This document shows positions 18,001 through 29,400 of a DNA stretch of 64,000 nt, piece by piece (positions within the stretch are counted from its first letter, which is position 1; the number at the start of each line of letters is the position of its first letter). A model generated the notes under the pieces. That model made no database searches, was not told the DNA's origin, and saw nothing but the letters and a program-made list of their open reading frames with translations. The translations under genes and the position numbers were made by a program. This DNA is from Nitrospirales bacterium. Its GTDB lineage: Bacteria; Nitrospirota; Nitrospiria; Nitrospirales; UBA8639. The stretch spans positions 1,312,001 to 1,376,000 of the forward strand of contig OY820905.2 of the NCBI GenBank assembly GCA_963555755.3, given 5' to 3'.

Positions 18001-19497
18001 TTAAATTCTGAACTTTGTGAGGATGTAGAAGTAGTCAGAATCTCTGTTTCCTCCTGGCGGCAGTCCCGCGCTTGCAGGAAGTCGATCAAAATAACTCCCT
18101 TTGAACCAATGGTCATAGCCAACATCGAATTCCAGGTTTTCATTGATTTTCCACAGGGCGCGCAGTTCCACATCATGCCCGATGAAATTTCCCGATCCGC
18201 CGGTGGCGTCACGAAGGCCACTCGTACCGAAAGCGCCACGTGAAGTGGCGAGATACCAAACCCGATGATTGAATTGCACGTTCCAACCCTTGCACGGAAC
18301 CACAACCACCCGCCATCCCGGCGAACTAATATTCGTTCGAAAAAACGGACCGAAATTGCCTATGGGGTTATACTCGCGCCGAACGCCAAAAAGCGTATCA
18401 AAAGCCGAGTCCTGGCTGTCGCTCGCATTCCGGTCTCCGCTGGCATAGTCGTAGTGAATCAGCAGTCGTGGCATCCATAGGAGATCGAATGTATAGCCGA
18501 GATCGATGTACTGAAAATGCGCGAAGTGGTCGGTACTGCCTCTTTTCCCTGTCTGCCAGACACTCTCGATTTCATAGTCTATCTGGCCTTTTTGGGGTTT
18601 TTCATAGACACGCAGGCCAAACGTGGAAAAGGTTCTCTGCAAACTGACAACCGCACTTCGTTGATCATTCAATCCAAAATAATAGGCATTGAGGCGCAAC
18701 CACGGCACATGATTCGTTTCAACATATGTCCCCCAGAACACACTACGCGAGGACTGTTCATCAAGCTGCACATCATCTCGCAACACCGGTTCGACCAGAA
18801 ACACGCGAACGCGCCAGACCTCGTCTTTAGCCAGCTGCCCATGCACTCCATCGAACGCATTCGTACTATTGAGAAAATCATTCCGGGCAATGAACCGGCG
18901 GCTACCGAAATCCAACGTGAGCCGACCGAAATGCAGGTCTGTGCGAAGACCAGTTCCCATCACATTCTTCGCCGTCACGGATACCAATAACTGCAGGATG
19001 TCCATTTCATTTTCGATACCTGTGGTGACAAAGTCACCAGGATCATCGAGATGAACCCGTGAATCCTGCCCTTCAAAGAGAAAATTGAATGTGCCACCAT
19101 GTAACCCAAACCGCACACGTGACCGTTGTTGAATCTGAGGATCCGTTCGTCCTAATGGCTGGCTGGATCGCCACGGATGGTCATACACTTCGAAGCGAGT
19201 TCGATGCTCAAGTCCCAGGTCAATCCATTCCGGAAGGTTCAAGGCATTCTTCAGATAGCGATTCCATTTCCATTCCTTCCTTCGAATTAATACGGCATCG
19301 GCCGTCTCTGAAACGGGAATTATTGATGAGGCTTTTACTCGATCAACAACGCCATGAGTGAATTGGTGGAAACTGGAGGATGCGTTAAATTCCTGGTTAG
19401 CCACACCATCCGTTGGATCAAGTACTATTCCCAAAGTAAATAGCAAAACACTCCCCAGAAATATTCGCCTACAGACTCCCTTCCATTCGCACTTCAT
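18001..19497 (-). CDS. Alginate export (AlgE-like) outer-membrane porin
   Basis: Signal-like N-terminus; GRLTLDFGSRRFIARNDF, NAFDG, YDYASGD, FDTLFG; beta-barrel-type C-terminus. Confidence 0.8.
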   Translation of the reverse strand: MKCEWKGVCRRIFLGSVLLFTLGIVLDPTDGVANQEFNASSSFHQFTHGVVDRVKASSIIPVSETADAVLIRRKEWKWNRYLKNALNLPEWIDLGLEHRTRFEVYDHPWRSSQPLGRTDPQIQQRSRVRFGLHGGTFNFLFEGQDSRVHLDDPGDFVTTGIENEMDILQLLVSVTAKNVMGTGLRTDLHFGRLTLDFGSRRFIARNDFLNSTNAFDGVHGQLAKDEVWRVRVFLVEPVLRDDVQLDEQSSRSVFWGTYVETNHVPWLRLNAYYFGLNDQRSAVVSLQRTFSTFGLRVYEKPQKGQIDYEIESVWQTGKRGSTDHFAHFQYIDLGYTFDLLWMPRLLIHYDYASGDRNASDSQDSAFDTLFGVRREYNPIGNFGPFFRTNISSPGWRVVVVPCKGWNVQFNHRVWYLATSRGAFGTSGLRDATGGSGNFIGHDVELRALWKINENLEFDVGYDHWFKGSYFDRLPASAGLPPGGNRDSDYFYILTKFRI

Positions 19498-19540
19498 GAT
19501 TATTTATGGCTAAGGGTTTAGCACCAATAGTGAAATACAT

Positions 19541-19569
19541 ATTGTAATGTTTAAATGATTTTTTATCAA
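19541..19569 (-). promoter_or_regulatory. Sigma70-like promoter of porin-modABC
   Basis: Minus strand TTGATA-N17-TACAAT. Confidence 0.6.
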
Positions 19570-19902
19570 GTATACTTTACGTTATAGTTCCATCTATCCT
19601 CCTATTAGGTTTTGTGGACTCAAATTCAGTGGGCCTCTAACTCAGGCCAGAAGATACCCCTCCCCCCTGTCATTTCTGGAATAAATGCCAAATAGTGTTG
19701 GTTTTTTATCTTGGTTGGAGATACTCATACCATCGAAAATACGCATTAGGAGGCGTCTTCATGAGACTTTGGCGTGAGAGGCACCTGTCATCTTTCTCAT
19801 CACCGCATCCCTTTGTTAAACCCTTTAAACACAAAGATGCGTAACGTGTTGTCACCGAAGAACTTCCTTGTAACTTTCCCAACACTTTTTGGCATTTATT
19901 CC

Positions 19903-19967
19903 CATTTCGACCAAAGGGAGAATCCCGAGCAGGGATACCAAAGAGATTTCTCCCTTTGGTCGAAATG
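19903..19967. repeat. REP-like inverted repeat
   Basis: CATTTCGACCAAAGGGAGAA and TTCTCCCTTTGGTCGAAATG are exact inverses. Confidence 0.7.
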
Positions 19968-20139
19968 ACAAAGAACACGGAGAAATTCTGGCCACACAGA
20001 CTCAACTGCAAAACAAGGTTGCAATAAATGGAGTGTATCGGAAGAGGAATAATGGGAAAACGGAATTCTATGAACGAAGGGGTGAGGTGGTTGAACAGAG
20101 AAAATGATGATTTAAGACATTCGAGATTCAGATGCTATT

Positions 20140-21324
20140 CTACTCAATGATTTTCCCAATCTCCTTAGTATCATATCCGCCCAGGGCTTCAATTTCTTGC
20201 CGGAATCCGCGTGTAACCAACGTATCTAAAAACATCTTCATGCCAGGATGCGCATGGAAATACTTGGTGGGAATCACCAAATCATATCGTTCCTCTTGTA
20301 GTGGAATAAAATCAAGATCATAAAAATGCCCAACCGCTTGCGAGCCAATACCCACATCGGCCTTACCTTCCACAATCGCACGCCCCAGTCCAAGTTGAGA
20401 GGAACATAGAGACTCATATCCCCGCACCACCCGACTGGCAATTCCAGATTTGGCTAACAAATGATCGAGCAAGAACCGAGCCCCCGCTCCCTGCTCACGA
20501 TTCATGAGAGAAACATCCGAGCGAGCCAAATCCTCAATCCCCTGTACATTCTTTGGATTTCCACGCCGCAGCAAGAGCCCCTCTTCCCATGCGGCAAATC
20601 GCACGACCGTCACCGCATGACCTTTCAAAATTTTCTTTACAAACGGAATGTTAAAATCCCCGGATCGATGGTCCACTACATGGATACCCGCCACATGCAC
20701 CTCGCCACGCTTTAACGCGTGCAATGCCGCCAAGCTGCCCATGCTCCACCCAAGAACCGAGGCATTCCCACCATGCTGACGGATATGTTCCCCCGCCAAA
20801 AAAATAGCCGGATCGCATCCGGCTACCACAACTTGACGATCAATATCCTGCTGGGGTTTCAAAAGTTGAACATACACTCGGCTCCCGCCACGCGATGCAC
20901 GAGAAGGAGTAGAGACACGACCTAACTGGATCCCATCTGCCGGCACCGTGTAATTCAACACTTCCCCCAAATCGGAGACAGGCTTAGCCAATACCCGACC
21001 GCCCACATTTGCAACTTTCACCCGAGGTGAGTGCTGACCCGAGCTTTCGCTCCCAATCAAATCCGCCTCAATAATGCCCTCTTTGGCCTCAAACGAAAAC
21101 AGCTCCTCAACGGTGCAGCCCAAATTCGACGCAAGACGCAACGCCACTTCGGTCCCTGGCAGATAGTGATTCATCTCGATGGCATACAAGGCTTGACGGG
21201 TAATTCCCACCATGGCGGCAAGATCCCCTTGCGAATTCCCTGATGCCATACGGCGCTCGCGGAGCCGATTCCTTATTCCTGCCCCCCGCGCCACGCCCCG
21301 CTTGTCTTTTGCTTTATTCGGCAT
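20140..21324 (-). CDS. XRE-HTH plus PBP-superfamily molybdate-binding-type regulator
   Basis: SQGDLAAMVGITRQALYAIE...LRLA; AGCDPA, GSLAAL, NREQGAGAR, EERYDLV, LGGYD. Confidence 0.88.
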   Translation of the reverse strand: MPNKAKDKRGVARGAGIRNRLRERRMASGNSQGDLAAMVGITRQALYAIEMNHYLPGTEVALRLASNLGCTVEELFSFEAKEGIIEADLIGSESSGQHSPRVKVANVGGRVLAKPVSDLGEVLNYTVPADGIQLGRVSTPSRASRGGSRVYVQLLKPQQDIDRQVVVAGCDPAIFLAGEHIRQHGGNASVLGWSMGSLAALHALKRGEVHVAGIHVVDHRSGDFNIPFVKKILKGHAVTVVRFAAWEEGLLLRRGNPKNVQGIEDLARSDVSLMNREQGAGARFLLDHLLAKSGIASRVVRGYESLCSSQLGLGRAIVEGKADVGIGSQAVGHFYDLDFIPLQEERYDLVIPTKYFHAHPGMKMFLDTLVTRGFRQEIEALGGYDTKEIGKIIE

Positions 21325-21330
21325 GATATT

Positions 21331-21359
21331 ATTGTAATGTTTACTTGTCATTTATGCAA
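21331..21359 (-). promoter_or_regulatory. Sigma70-like promoter of the regulator, probably leaderless
   Basis: Minus strand TTGCAT-N17-TACAAT, then 6 nt to ATG 21324. Confidence 0.6.
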
Positions 21360-23227
21360 TTAAAAAATAATGTTAATCCTGATCAATACCCACCAACACC
21401 CCTCAGGTTGTTCAAGCGTCCGGCCTTGAAAAATATCGTTCCCGAATTCCCCTTGACCTCACATCGTCATTGTCATAAAAGAACACGCTGGACGTCCACC
21501 ATTCACTCACTCACGAGAAGAGGATTCCTGCATGGCAACCAAAACTTCTTCCACTATCGCCCGCCTCCCACAATGGAATTTAAAAAAATTGCTCGCGAAT
21601 CCGGAAAAAGACCTTGAAGGTATTTCTCAAACCCTCAACACAACGATCGCCTCGCTTGAAAAACTTCGCCCCTCGCTTCACAACAAGACTTCGCCAAAAT
21701 CTTTTGCGACCGGCCTTCAACTCACCGAAGACATCGCAGCGTTAAGTTCTCGCGTAGGTGCGTACTCACAACTGTGGTTCGCACAAAACACCACGAATCA
21801 GAAAGCCCGTGCGTTTGAGGCCAAGGTCAAGGATCGACTCGCACACTTTTCTAATCGCGTGGTCTTTTTTGATCTGTGGTGGCAGCAACTCCCTCATCAC
21901 ACATCACAGCAGCTCCTGACCAACACCGGATCCATGCGATACCACCTTGCCTCGTTACGCCGAATGAAGCCTCATACCCTGACAGAACCCGAAGAACGTA
22001 TCATCAATATTAAAAACACCACAGGTCGGTCGGCCATAGATTCCCTCTACGATGTACTGACCAATCGCCTGACCTTCACCTCTCCAGAGAAAGGTGCTCG
22101 CACGCCTTTGTCCCGCGAACAATTATCCGTGTTCTTTCGGCACCCTTCCGCCACCATGCGAAAGCGCGCCTATCAGGAACTGCTTCAGGTCTATTCGGGT
22201 CACGCTGACATCTTAGGCGAAATGTACAAGACGCTCGTGACGGATTGGAAAAATGAGGGCATTGATCTTCGGCACCACCCATCACCCGTGGCGGTGCGCA
22301 ATATTCACAACGACATTCCTAACAAGGCCGTAGAGACCCTTCTCGCCTGTTGCCGAAACAACCGCCACATTTTCCACGAATATTTCAGGCTGAAAGCCAA
22401 AATCTGCAAAATCAACAAACTGAGCCGCTATGACATTTACGCTCCAACCAAAAGCGCCAAGACATCCTATCCGTTTGACCAAGCCAAGAAGCTGGTGTTT
22501 AGCGCGTACGAACAATTCTCGCCCACCTTGGCCAAGTATGCGCAGCAGGTGTTTACTGATCGACATATTGATGCCAGCCCCACGCCAGGAAAAGCCGACG
22601 GGGCCTTTTGTTGCAGCGTACTGCCGAAACTCACACCATATGTGCTGCTGAATTACACCGGCGACGCCCGAGACGTCGCCACTCTCGCCCATGAACTTGG
22701 GCATGCCGTGCATGGCATGATGGCCCAACACCATTCCGTATTCACCTTCCATTCCACGTTGCCACTTGCCGAAACCGCATCCGTGTTTGGCGAACAATTG
22801 TTATCCCATGCACTCTTGCAAGAAGTCTCGAGCCCGCGAATGAAGCAACGGTTACTTCTTGGCCAACTCGATGATCTCTACGCGACCATCCTGCGCCAAG
22901 CCTATTTTGTTGAATTCGAAAATCAAGCCCATGAGCACATTACCCAAGGGGCCACCGTCAATGCCCTGGCCCACACATACCTGGGTCTACTGAAAGAACA
23001 ATTTGGCAGAGCCGTGACAGTCCCCGACGAGTTTCAGTGGGAGTGGATCACCATCCCGCACATCTATCGAAGTCCGTTCTATTGCTACGCCTATAGTTTT
23101 GGAAACCTGCTGGTGTTGGCGCTGTACCAACGGTACCAGGACGAAGGACAGTCGTTCATCCCTAAGTATTTGGATTTATTGAGTGGTGGTGGGTCGAAAA
23201 GCCCTCAGGACCTGCTCAAACCCCTAG

Positions 23228-24891
23228 GAGCCTGTCCGAGATAAGCCCTGCAATTTCTATGACCAGTATATATCACTAGCTATAAGTACTTGACATCGAC
23301 TCCAGGAGTTGGTACACTGCTCGCACCAATTTTCTCCCTTGGAGGTGCCTGAATGTGTGACCGCACGTTTCGTCCCTATGACCCGGAGCAACCCTTCCTG
23401 TTGCCCCCGACCTTGCAAGAGTGGCTGTCCGCGGAGCACTTGGTCTATTTTATCTCGGATCTGGTGGAGTCCCTTGAGCTGACGGCCATTCTGTCGTGGT
23501 ACGACAAGCCCACCCGCGGGACGGTGCCCTACCATCCTCAGATGCTGGTCAAGGTGCTGCTGTACGCCTATTGTATCGGGACCCCCTCCTCCCGGCAGAT
23601 CGCCCGCAAGCTGGAAGAGGACATCGGCTTTCGCGTGCTGGCGGCAAACAACACCCCCGACTTCCGCACGATTGCCGAGTTTCGCAAGCGGCATCTGACG
23701 GCGCTCACCGGGATTTTTGTCCAGGTGCTTCGGCTGTGTCGTCAGGCCGGGTTGGTGAAATTGGGCCATGTGGCGGTGGATGGCACCAAGGTCAAAGCCA
23801 ATGCGTCCAAACATAAGGCGATGAGCTACGAGCGGATGCAGGAGGAAGAGACGCGCTTACAGGCCGAGGTGGAGGCGTTGCTCGCCGGCGCGGAGGCGGC
23901 GGATGCCCGAGAGGATGCGACCTATGGCGCGGAGTGCCGGGGCGACGAACTGCCGCAGGAATTGGCGTTCCGCACCAGTCGCCTGGAGAAAATCCGAGCG
24001 GCCAAAGTGGCGTTGGAACAGGAGGCCCGGGACGCGGCGGTCGCCAAAGCGGAGGAGCGAGAAGGGCCCCCCACGAAGTCGTCCCCTGCAGCCCCTGCCG
24101 CGGGGCCGGGGCCGAAGGCGCAGAAGAATTTTACCGATCCCGAGAGTCGGATCATGCCCTCGTCCAGTGACAAGGGGAGCTTTGTGCAAGGCTACAATTG
24201 TCAGGCGGCGGTCGATGCCACGGCCCAGATTATTGTCGCCGCCGATGTCACCCAACAGACCAACGACAAACGGCAAGCGCAGCCGCTGCTGGAGCAGGTG
24301 ATCGCCAATACCACGCAGGTGCCGAAGACGGTGAGTCTGGATGCCGGGTATTTCAGTGAGGACAACGTGCAGGCCCTCAAAGAGTTGGGGACAGAGACCT
24401 TGATCCCCCCGGATCGCCAGACGCATCGAAGGCAGGCCCAGCCGCCCGCTGCCCGGGGGCGGATCCCGAAGGGCCTGTCCGTGGCCGACCGGATGCGGCG
24501 GACGTTGCGGACGAAACGGGGCCGCGCACGCTACGCGAAACGGAAAGTCATCGTGGAGCCGGTCTTTGGCCAGATCAAACAAGGGCGTGGGTTTCGCCAG
24601 TTTCTCCTGCGGGGCCTGCAGAAGGTCCAAGGTGAATGGGCGTTGATCTGCACGACCCACAACGTCCGAAAACTCTGGGCAGCCCTGGTGAAGTCTGACC
24701 GCAGCCTGGCGGCATTCGGAAAAGCATGGGCCACAGGATAACGCAGAGGGAAATCCACTCTCACAGGGAGCGCGAGGAAGCAAGATTACGGCAAAGGTCG
24801 ACAGAACCAGGCATGAAATGAGGTAACCAGCGAGTCATATGACGAAAAAAGCCTGGAACAGGTCCAGTTGCTCGCAATGCAGGACAGGCTC
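23228..24891 (+). mobile_element. IS1182-family insertion sequence with CTAG duplication
   Basis: Ends GAGCCTGTCC and GGACAGGCTC; CTAG at 23224-23227 and 24892-24895; higher GC than flanks. Confidence 0.95.
23353..24741 (+). CDS. IS1182-family transposase
   Basis: PYHPQMLVKVLLYAY, PDFRTIAEFRKRHL, VDGTKVKANASKH, NFTDPESRIM, DAGYFS, VEPVFGQIK. Confidence 0.95.
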   Translation: MCDRTFRPYDPEQPFLLPPTLQEWLSAEHLVYFISDLVESLELTAILSWYDKPTRGTVPYHPQMLVKVLLYAYCIGTPSSRQIARKLEEDIGFRVLAANNTPDFRTIAEFRKRHLTALTGIFVQVLRLCRQAGLVKLGHVAVDGTKVKANASKHKAMSYERMQEEETRLQAEVEALLAGAEAADAREDATYGAECRGDELPQELAFRTSRLEKIRAAKVALEQEARDAAVAKAEEREGPPTKSSPAAPAAGPGPKAQKNFTDPESRIMPSSSDKGSFVQGYNCQAAVDATAQIIVAADVTQQTNDKRQAQPLLEQVIANTTQVPKTVSLDAGYFSEDNVQALKELGTETLIPPDRQTHRRQAQPPAARGRIPKGLSVADRMRRTLRTKRGRARYAKRKVIVEPVFGQIKQGRGFRQFLLRGLQKVQGEWALICTTHNVRKLWAALVKSDRSLAAFGKAWATG

Positions 24892-25035
24892 CTAGGGGTA
24901 GACATGTGTGCCGAGAAGTTTTGGCAGTCCGGGTTCGACCGGATTGAGACCATGGTGGGGGAGCTTGAGAACACCTTATCGTAAGTATGGCCTTAGTATC
25001 TGGCACCAAACTTGAATAGTCAAAACATCCTTGAA

Positions 25036-25197
25036 CCTAAAAACGGCAGTTGGATCACAAAAGTCCGCGCAAGTTCTTGACGCGCCTGGCAAAATACAAA
25101 AAGTCTCATCACCACCAAGGTGAACACGACTTTTGGTATTTCACCATGCACGCCAATATCTAACACGTCTTTTTTGCGCCCAACTGCCATTTCTAGG
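25036..25197. mobile_element. MITE family F, uninterrupted copy
   Basis: CCTAAAAACGGCAGTTGG...CCAACTGCCATTTCTAGG; flanks TTGAA/TTGAT; reverse complement of the interrupted copy at 42848-43459. Confidence 0.85.
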
Positions 25198-25290
25198 TTG
25201 ATTTAGAGGGTCAGTTACGTTAGCCTTGCCCGTTTGCTGCAGCGATTCGGAACAAAACCCAATAGTCATCAGTAACAGGGAGTCAGGTAT

Positions 25291-25530
25291 ATGGAAAGTG
25301 CGTACGTGTTAATCAACGTTCTTCCAGGACAAACCGCGAACGTCAAAAGACTGTTAGAAGAAATCGATGAAATCAAATTGATCGATGCATGCTGGGGCAA
25401 ACCCGACATCTTTGCACGCGTGGAAGTCGCGAGCCAAGAAGACCTCACCCAAATAGTCCTCACTCGCATTCATGCCATCGAAGGCGTATCCCAAACGGAT
25501 ACTCATCTGGTCTACACAATTCAGGAATAA
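25291..25530 (+). CDS. Lrp/AsnC ligand-binding (RAM) domain protein
   Basis: AYVLINV...GKPDIFARVE...IEGVSQTDT; GGAG upstream. Confidence 0.85.
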   Translation: MESAYVLINVLPGQTANVKRLLEEIDEIKLIDACWGKPDIFARVEVASQEDLTQIVLTRIHAIEGVSQTDTHLVYTIQE

Positions 25531-25710
25531 CTGGTAAGACGTGATGCATCATACGTGAAACGTGATGCGTACCAAAAACTCGACTTTACTCTTTACCCAT
25601 CACGCTTCACGGATCACGCTTTTCTGTTCATGTCTCTTTCAAGGGGCCGTTGAAAAATTTTCAACATTCCCTCAATCTTAGATCTCATACACTAAAGACC
25701 AAGAGCAACA

Positions 25711-25832
25711 GGGGATGTTCAAAAAGGTGCGCTCAGCAAGGCCGCAGGCCCTTTGACGCGCGGAGCGTACTCATAGTACGTGAGCACGACAAAGGGCCGA
25801 GAACGCCGCTGACGCCCTTTTTCAACATTCCC
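25711..25832. mobile_element. MITE family A copy
   Basis: GGGGATGTTCAAAAAGG...TTTTTCAACATTCCC; collapsed end pair nearby at 25642-25671. Confidence 0.85.
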
Positions 25833-26287
25833 TAGTGGATTCCCGCCTCCCGTTGTAGCCAGCGAACATACGCAACAATCAACTTCACATCATCCGGCGA
25901 CGCATCAGCAATCTTGGGCATATTGCCAAAATCCCAATGATGAGCCCGAACCCCCTGAGCCGCGGCTCGCAGAAACGCAAAATCCCCATGATGCGACGGC
26001 TCATAAATCTTATGCACCAAAGGTGGCCCCTTCGTCGTCCCTCGCGCATGCATACCATGACAACGGGCACAGAACGCATTAAACCGTTCCTCCCCGGATT
26101 GAAACTCTTGCGGGATGTCTACATCCAATCCCCCGTCGTCGGCAGGCGCGGTGGCATGAGCCGTAGGCACGTCTACCGATGAATGCGACGAATGAGCCTC
26201 CTCCTCCGCTTGAGAACAACCCAGCCCGAACACACACATCAAACCCAAAAGCAACAACCAACCTAATCGCAAACGTAAGTTTTTCAT
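25832..26287 (-). CDS. Monoheme cytochrome c lipoprotein
   Basis: Lipobox LGC; CARCH; GNMP distal Met. Confidence 0.88.
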   Translation of the reverse strand: MKNLRLRLGWLLLLGLMCVFGLGCSQAEEEAHSSHSSVDVPTAHATAPADDGGLDVDIPQEFQSGEERFNAFCARCHGMHARGTTKGPPLVHKIYEPSHHGDFAFLRAAAQGVRAHHWDFGNMPKIADASPDDVKLIVAYVRWLQREAGIH

Positions 26288-26477
26288 GACCCCCTATTCC
26301 AATTCTTTAGGAACGAAAGCGGTAAACCGCAGGCAACCCCTGGCCTCCACGACAGCACCGCTTAGCATTTCAAACCCTTCAACTCTAACTTCACACTGTG
26401 AATATATCGCAAGCCAGTCTGGATTCTACCCTAGATAAGAATATTTCTCCCACCACCACAACACGGCTAAATTTAAT

Positions 26478-29400
26478 GCCGCAATCCTCGCCCACCTCGA
26501 AAGGTGGGGGCTACCACGTTTGATGAGTTGAGCGAGGAAGCCAAACAGTTTCAATCCTCGCCCACCTCGAAAGGTGGGCGCTACGCTTGTAATTGTTTAT
26601 CTAGCGGCGTACCTCCTCGTGTTTCAATCCTCGCCCACCTCGAAAGGTGGGCGCTACCCCAAAAGACGCAAGACTAGACGGAAGACCACCGGTTTCAATC
26701 CTCGCCCACCTCGAAAGGTGGGCGCTACTGGGTGTGGTCGTTTGTTTTGTCCCTTTGAATCCGTTTCAATCCTCGCCCACCTCAAAAGGTGGGCGCTACG
26801 ACCCCAGGCCCAGAGGTTTTCGCCGGCTGAGCAGTTTCAATCCTCGCCCACCTCGAAAGGTGGGCGCTACAGTATATGGCGATCCGATATGAGAGTGTAC
26901 TGTAGTTTCAATCCTCGCCCACCTCGAAAGGTGGGCGCTACACGGCTACATCTCTCCCATACAGAGGGATTATGAGTTTCAATCCTCGCCCACCTCGAAA
27001 GGTGGGCGCTACATCCGTAAATGATTGATTGAGGGTGGGAGTTGCGGTTTCAATCCTCGCCCACCTCGAAAGGTGGGCGCTACATGAATTGGGCGAGTTG
27101 AAGAACTTGGGCGAGCTGTTTCAATCCTCGCCCACCTCGAAAGGTGGGCGCTACCAGTAGCCCAACCCTAAGAGTTGGCGGAGCAGGAGTTTCAATCCTC
27201 GCCCACCTCGAAAGGTGGGCGCTACGACCCCAGGCCCAGAGGTTTTCGCCGGCTGAGCAGTTTCAATCCTCGCCCACCTCGAAAGGTGGGCGCTACAGTA
27301 TATGGCGATCCGATATGAGAGTGTACTGTAGTTTCAATCCTCGCCCACCTCGAAAGGTGGGCGCTACGGTATATCCCCGAGGCCCATCTGGACTCCATCG
27401 TGTTTCAATCCTCGCCCACCTCGAAAGGTGGGCGCTACCACTACTTTAACCAAGGTCAATGTGATGGTGGGGGTTTCAATCCTCGCCCACCTCGAAAGGT
27501 GGGCGCTACACCGTGTTCTTCGCACCGGTACTTGTTGGTTTCAATCCTACCTCGAAAGGTGGGCGTCCAGCACAGTTTGTTCCGCGTTTCAATCCTCGCC
27601 CACCTCGAAAGGTGGGCGCTACCGCTGGAGCTTGAACCAGTGCGGAGAACCTCCGAGTTTCAATCCTCGCCCACCTCGAAAGGTGGGCGCTACTTCCTAT
27701 GCTCATGTGGCCATCCATAATTCAAATGTTTCAATCCTCGCCCACCTCGAAAGGTGGGCGCTACGTCTAGGAAACCTGGTCTTGGTCATGGTGCGGTTGT
27801 TTCAATCCTCGCCCACCTCGAAAGGTGGGCGCTACGCTACCAATAAGAGCCTACAATCAAATTTACAACGTTTCAATCCTCGCCCACCTCGAAAGGTGGG
27901 CGCTACACCAAATTATTAACCAATACAAAAACAAATATGGAGTTTCAATCCTCGCCCACCTCGAAAGGTGGGCGCTACGATGAAGGAACGACAATCAATT
28001 GTGAGACAGGATGTTTCAATCCTCGCCCACCTCGAAAGGTGGGCGCTACAATATAATTTTTATACAAAGGGTCGTGTATTCATGTTTCAATCCTCGCCCA
28101 CCTCGAAAGGTGGGCGCTACTTCAGGCATAGTCCTACTCCTTTGTGTTTGAGATGTTTCAATCCTCGCCCACCTCGAAAGGTGGGCGCTACCGGTACGTG
28201 GGATGCTTCCGCTCGGACTTCACAGGTTTCAATCCTCGCCCACCTCGAAAGGTGGGCGCTACGTAAATACAGAAATCCTCAATCTGCACCTTAGCTGTTT
28301 CAATCCTCGCCCACCTCGAAAGGTGGGCGCTACAGCGATGCGATCCAACAAATATCGCTACTTCTGTGTTTCAATCCTCGCCCACCTCGAAAGGTGGGCG
28401 CTACATCGTCCATACCTGCCGATTGCTCACCGATAAAACGTTTCAATCCTCGCCCACCTCGAAAGGTGGGCGCTACATGACCACGATAAAGGAAGACTGT
28501 TGGAAGTGCGGTTTCAATCCTCGCCCACCTCGAAAGGTGGGCGCTACATTGTAGGTCTTCCATCATCGTCTACTTCTAATTGTTTCAATCCTCGCCCACC
28601 TCGAAAGGTGGGCGCTACGGATGCAAGCGAGGACGACTGGACCAACATCAACGTTTCAATCCTCGCCCACCTCGAAAGGTGGGCGCTACTTGATCCGATA
28701 GATTGTCCGGTGGCAAGAACATTGTTTCAATCCTCGCCCACCTCGAAAGGTGGGCGCTACCGTGTCGGTACTCGGCATATCGATCGCTATAGCCGTTTCA
28801 ATCCTCGCCCACCTCGAAAGGTGGGCGCTACCTGCGGGTCACGCGGCAGACGAGACGGGTCAGCATGTTTCAATCCTCGCCCACCTCGAAAGGTGGGCGC
28901 TACGGGAGCGACAGCACAAACAATCCTATCGGGCAAATGTTTCAATCCTCGCCCACCTCGAAAGGTGGGCGCTACTCCGTAATACCGATGCTCCTACGTC
29001 GGCCGTGCTGTTTCAATCCTCGCCCACCTCGAAAGGTGGGCGCTACCGCGTCGTAGCTCCGATGATGGGCAACCAATAGTGTTTCAATCCTCGCCCACCT
29101 CGAAAGGTGGGCGCTACGACGGGCACAAGCGTTACGTATACCCCACCGACTGTTTCAATCCTCGCCCACCTCGAAAGGTGGGCGCTACGGTCTCGACGGA
29201 CGAAAGAAGACTATTACCAAAAAGTTTCAATCCTCGCCCACCTCGAAAGGTGGGCGCTACGAGACGGGCACATACATCACCAGCATGGAGCAGGTGTTTC
29301 AATCCTCGCCCACCTCGAAAGGTGGGCGCTACTCGGCGGTCACGGCAACTACGCCATATGCATAAGGTTTCAATCCTCGCCCACCTCGAAAGGTGGGCGC

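Larger units (their letters stand above)
21532..24984 (+). pseudogene. pepF: M3B oligoendopeptidase F interrupted near its 3' end by IS1182
   Basis: TLAHELGH, AETAS, HIYRSPFYCYAYSFG; removing 23228-24895 restores KPLGVDMCAEKFWQSGFDRIETMVGELENTLS*. Confidence 0.9.

Noticed and set aside
23857..24783. 308-aa antisense ORF; likewise 10194-10931, 7473-8168, 30552-31175, 46738-47340
   Set aside because: Shadow frames opposite better-supported genes.
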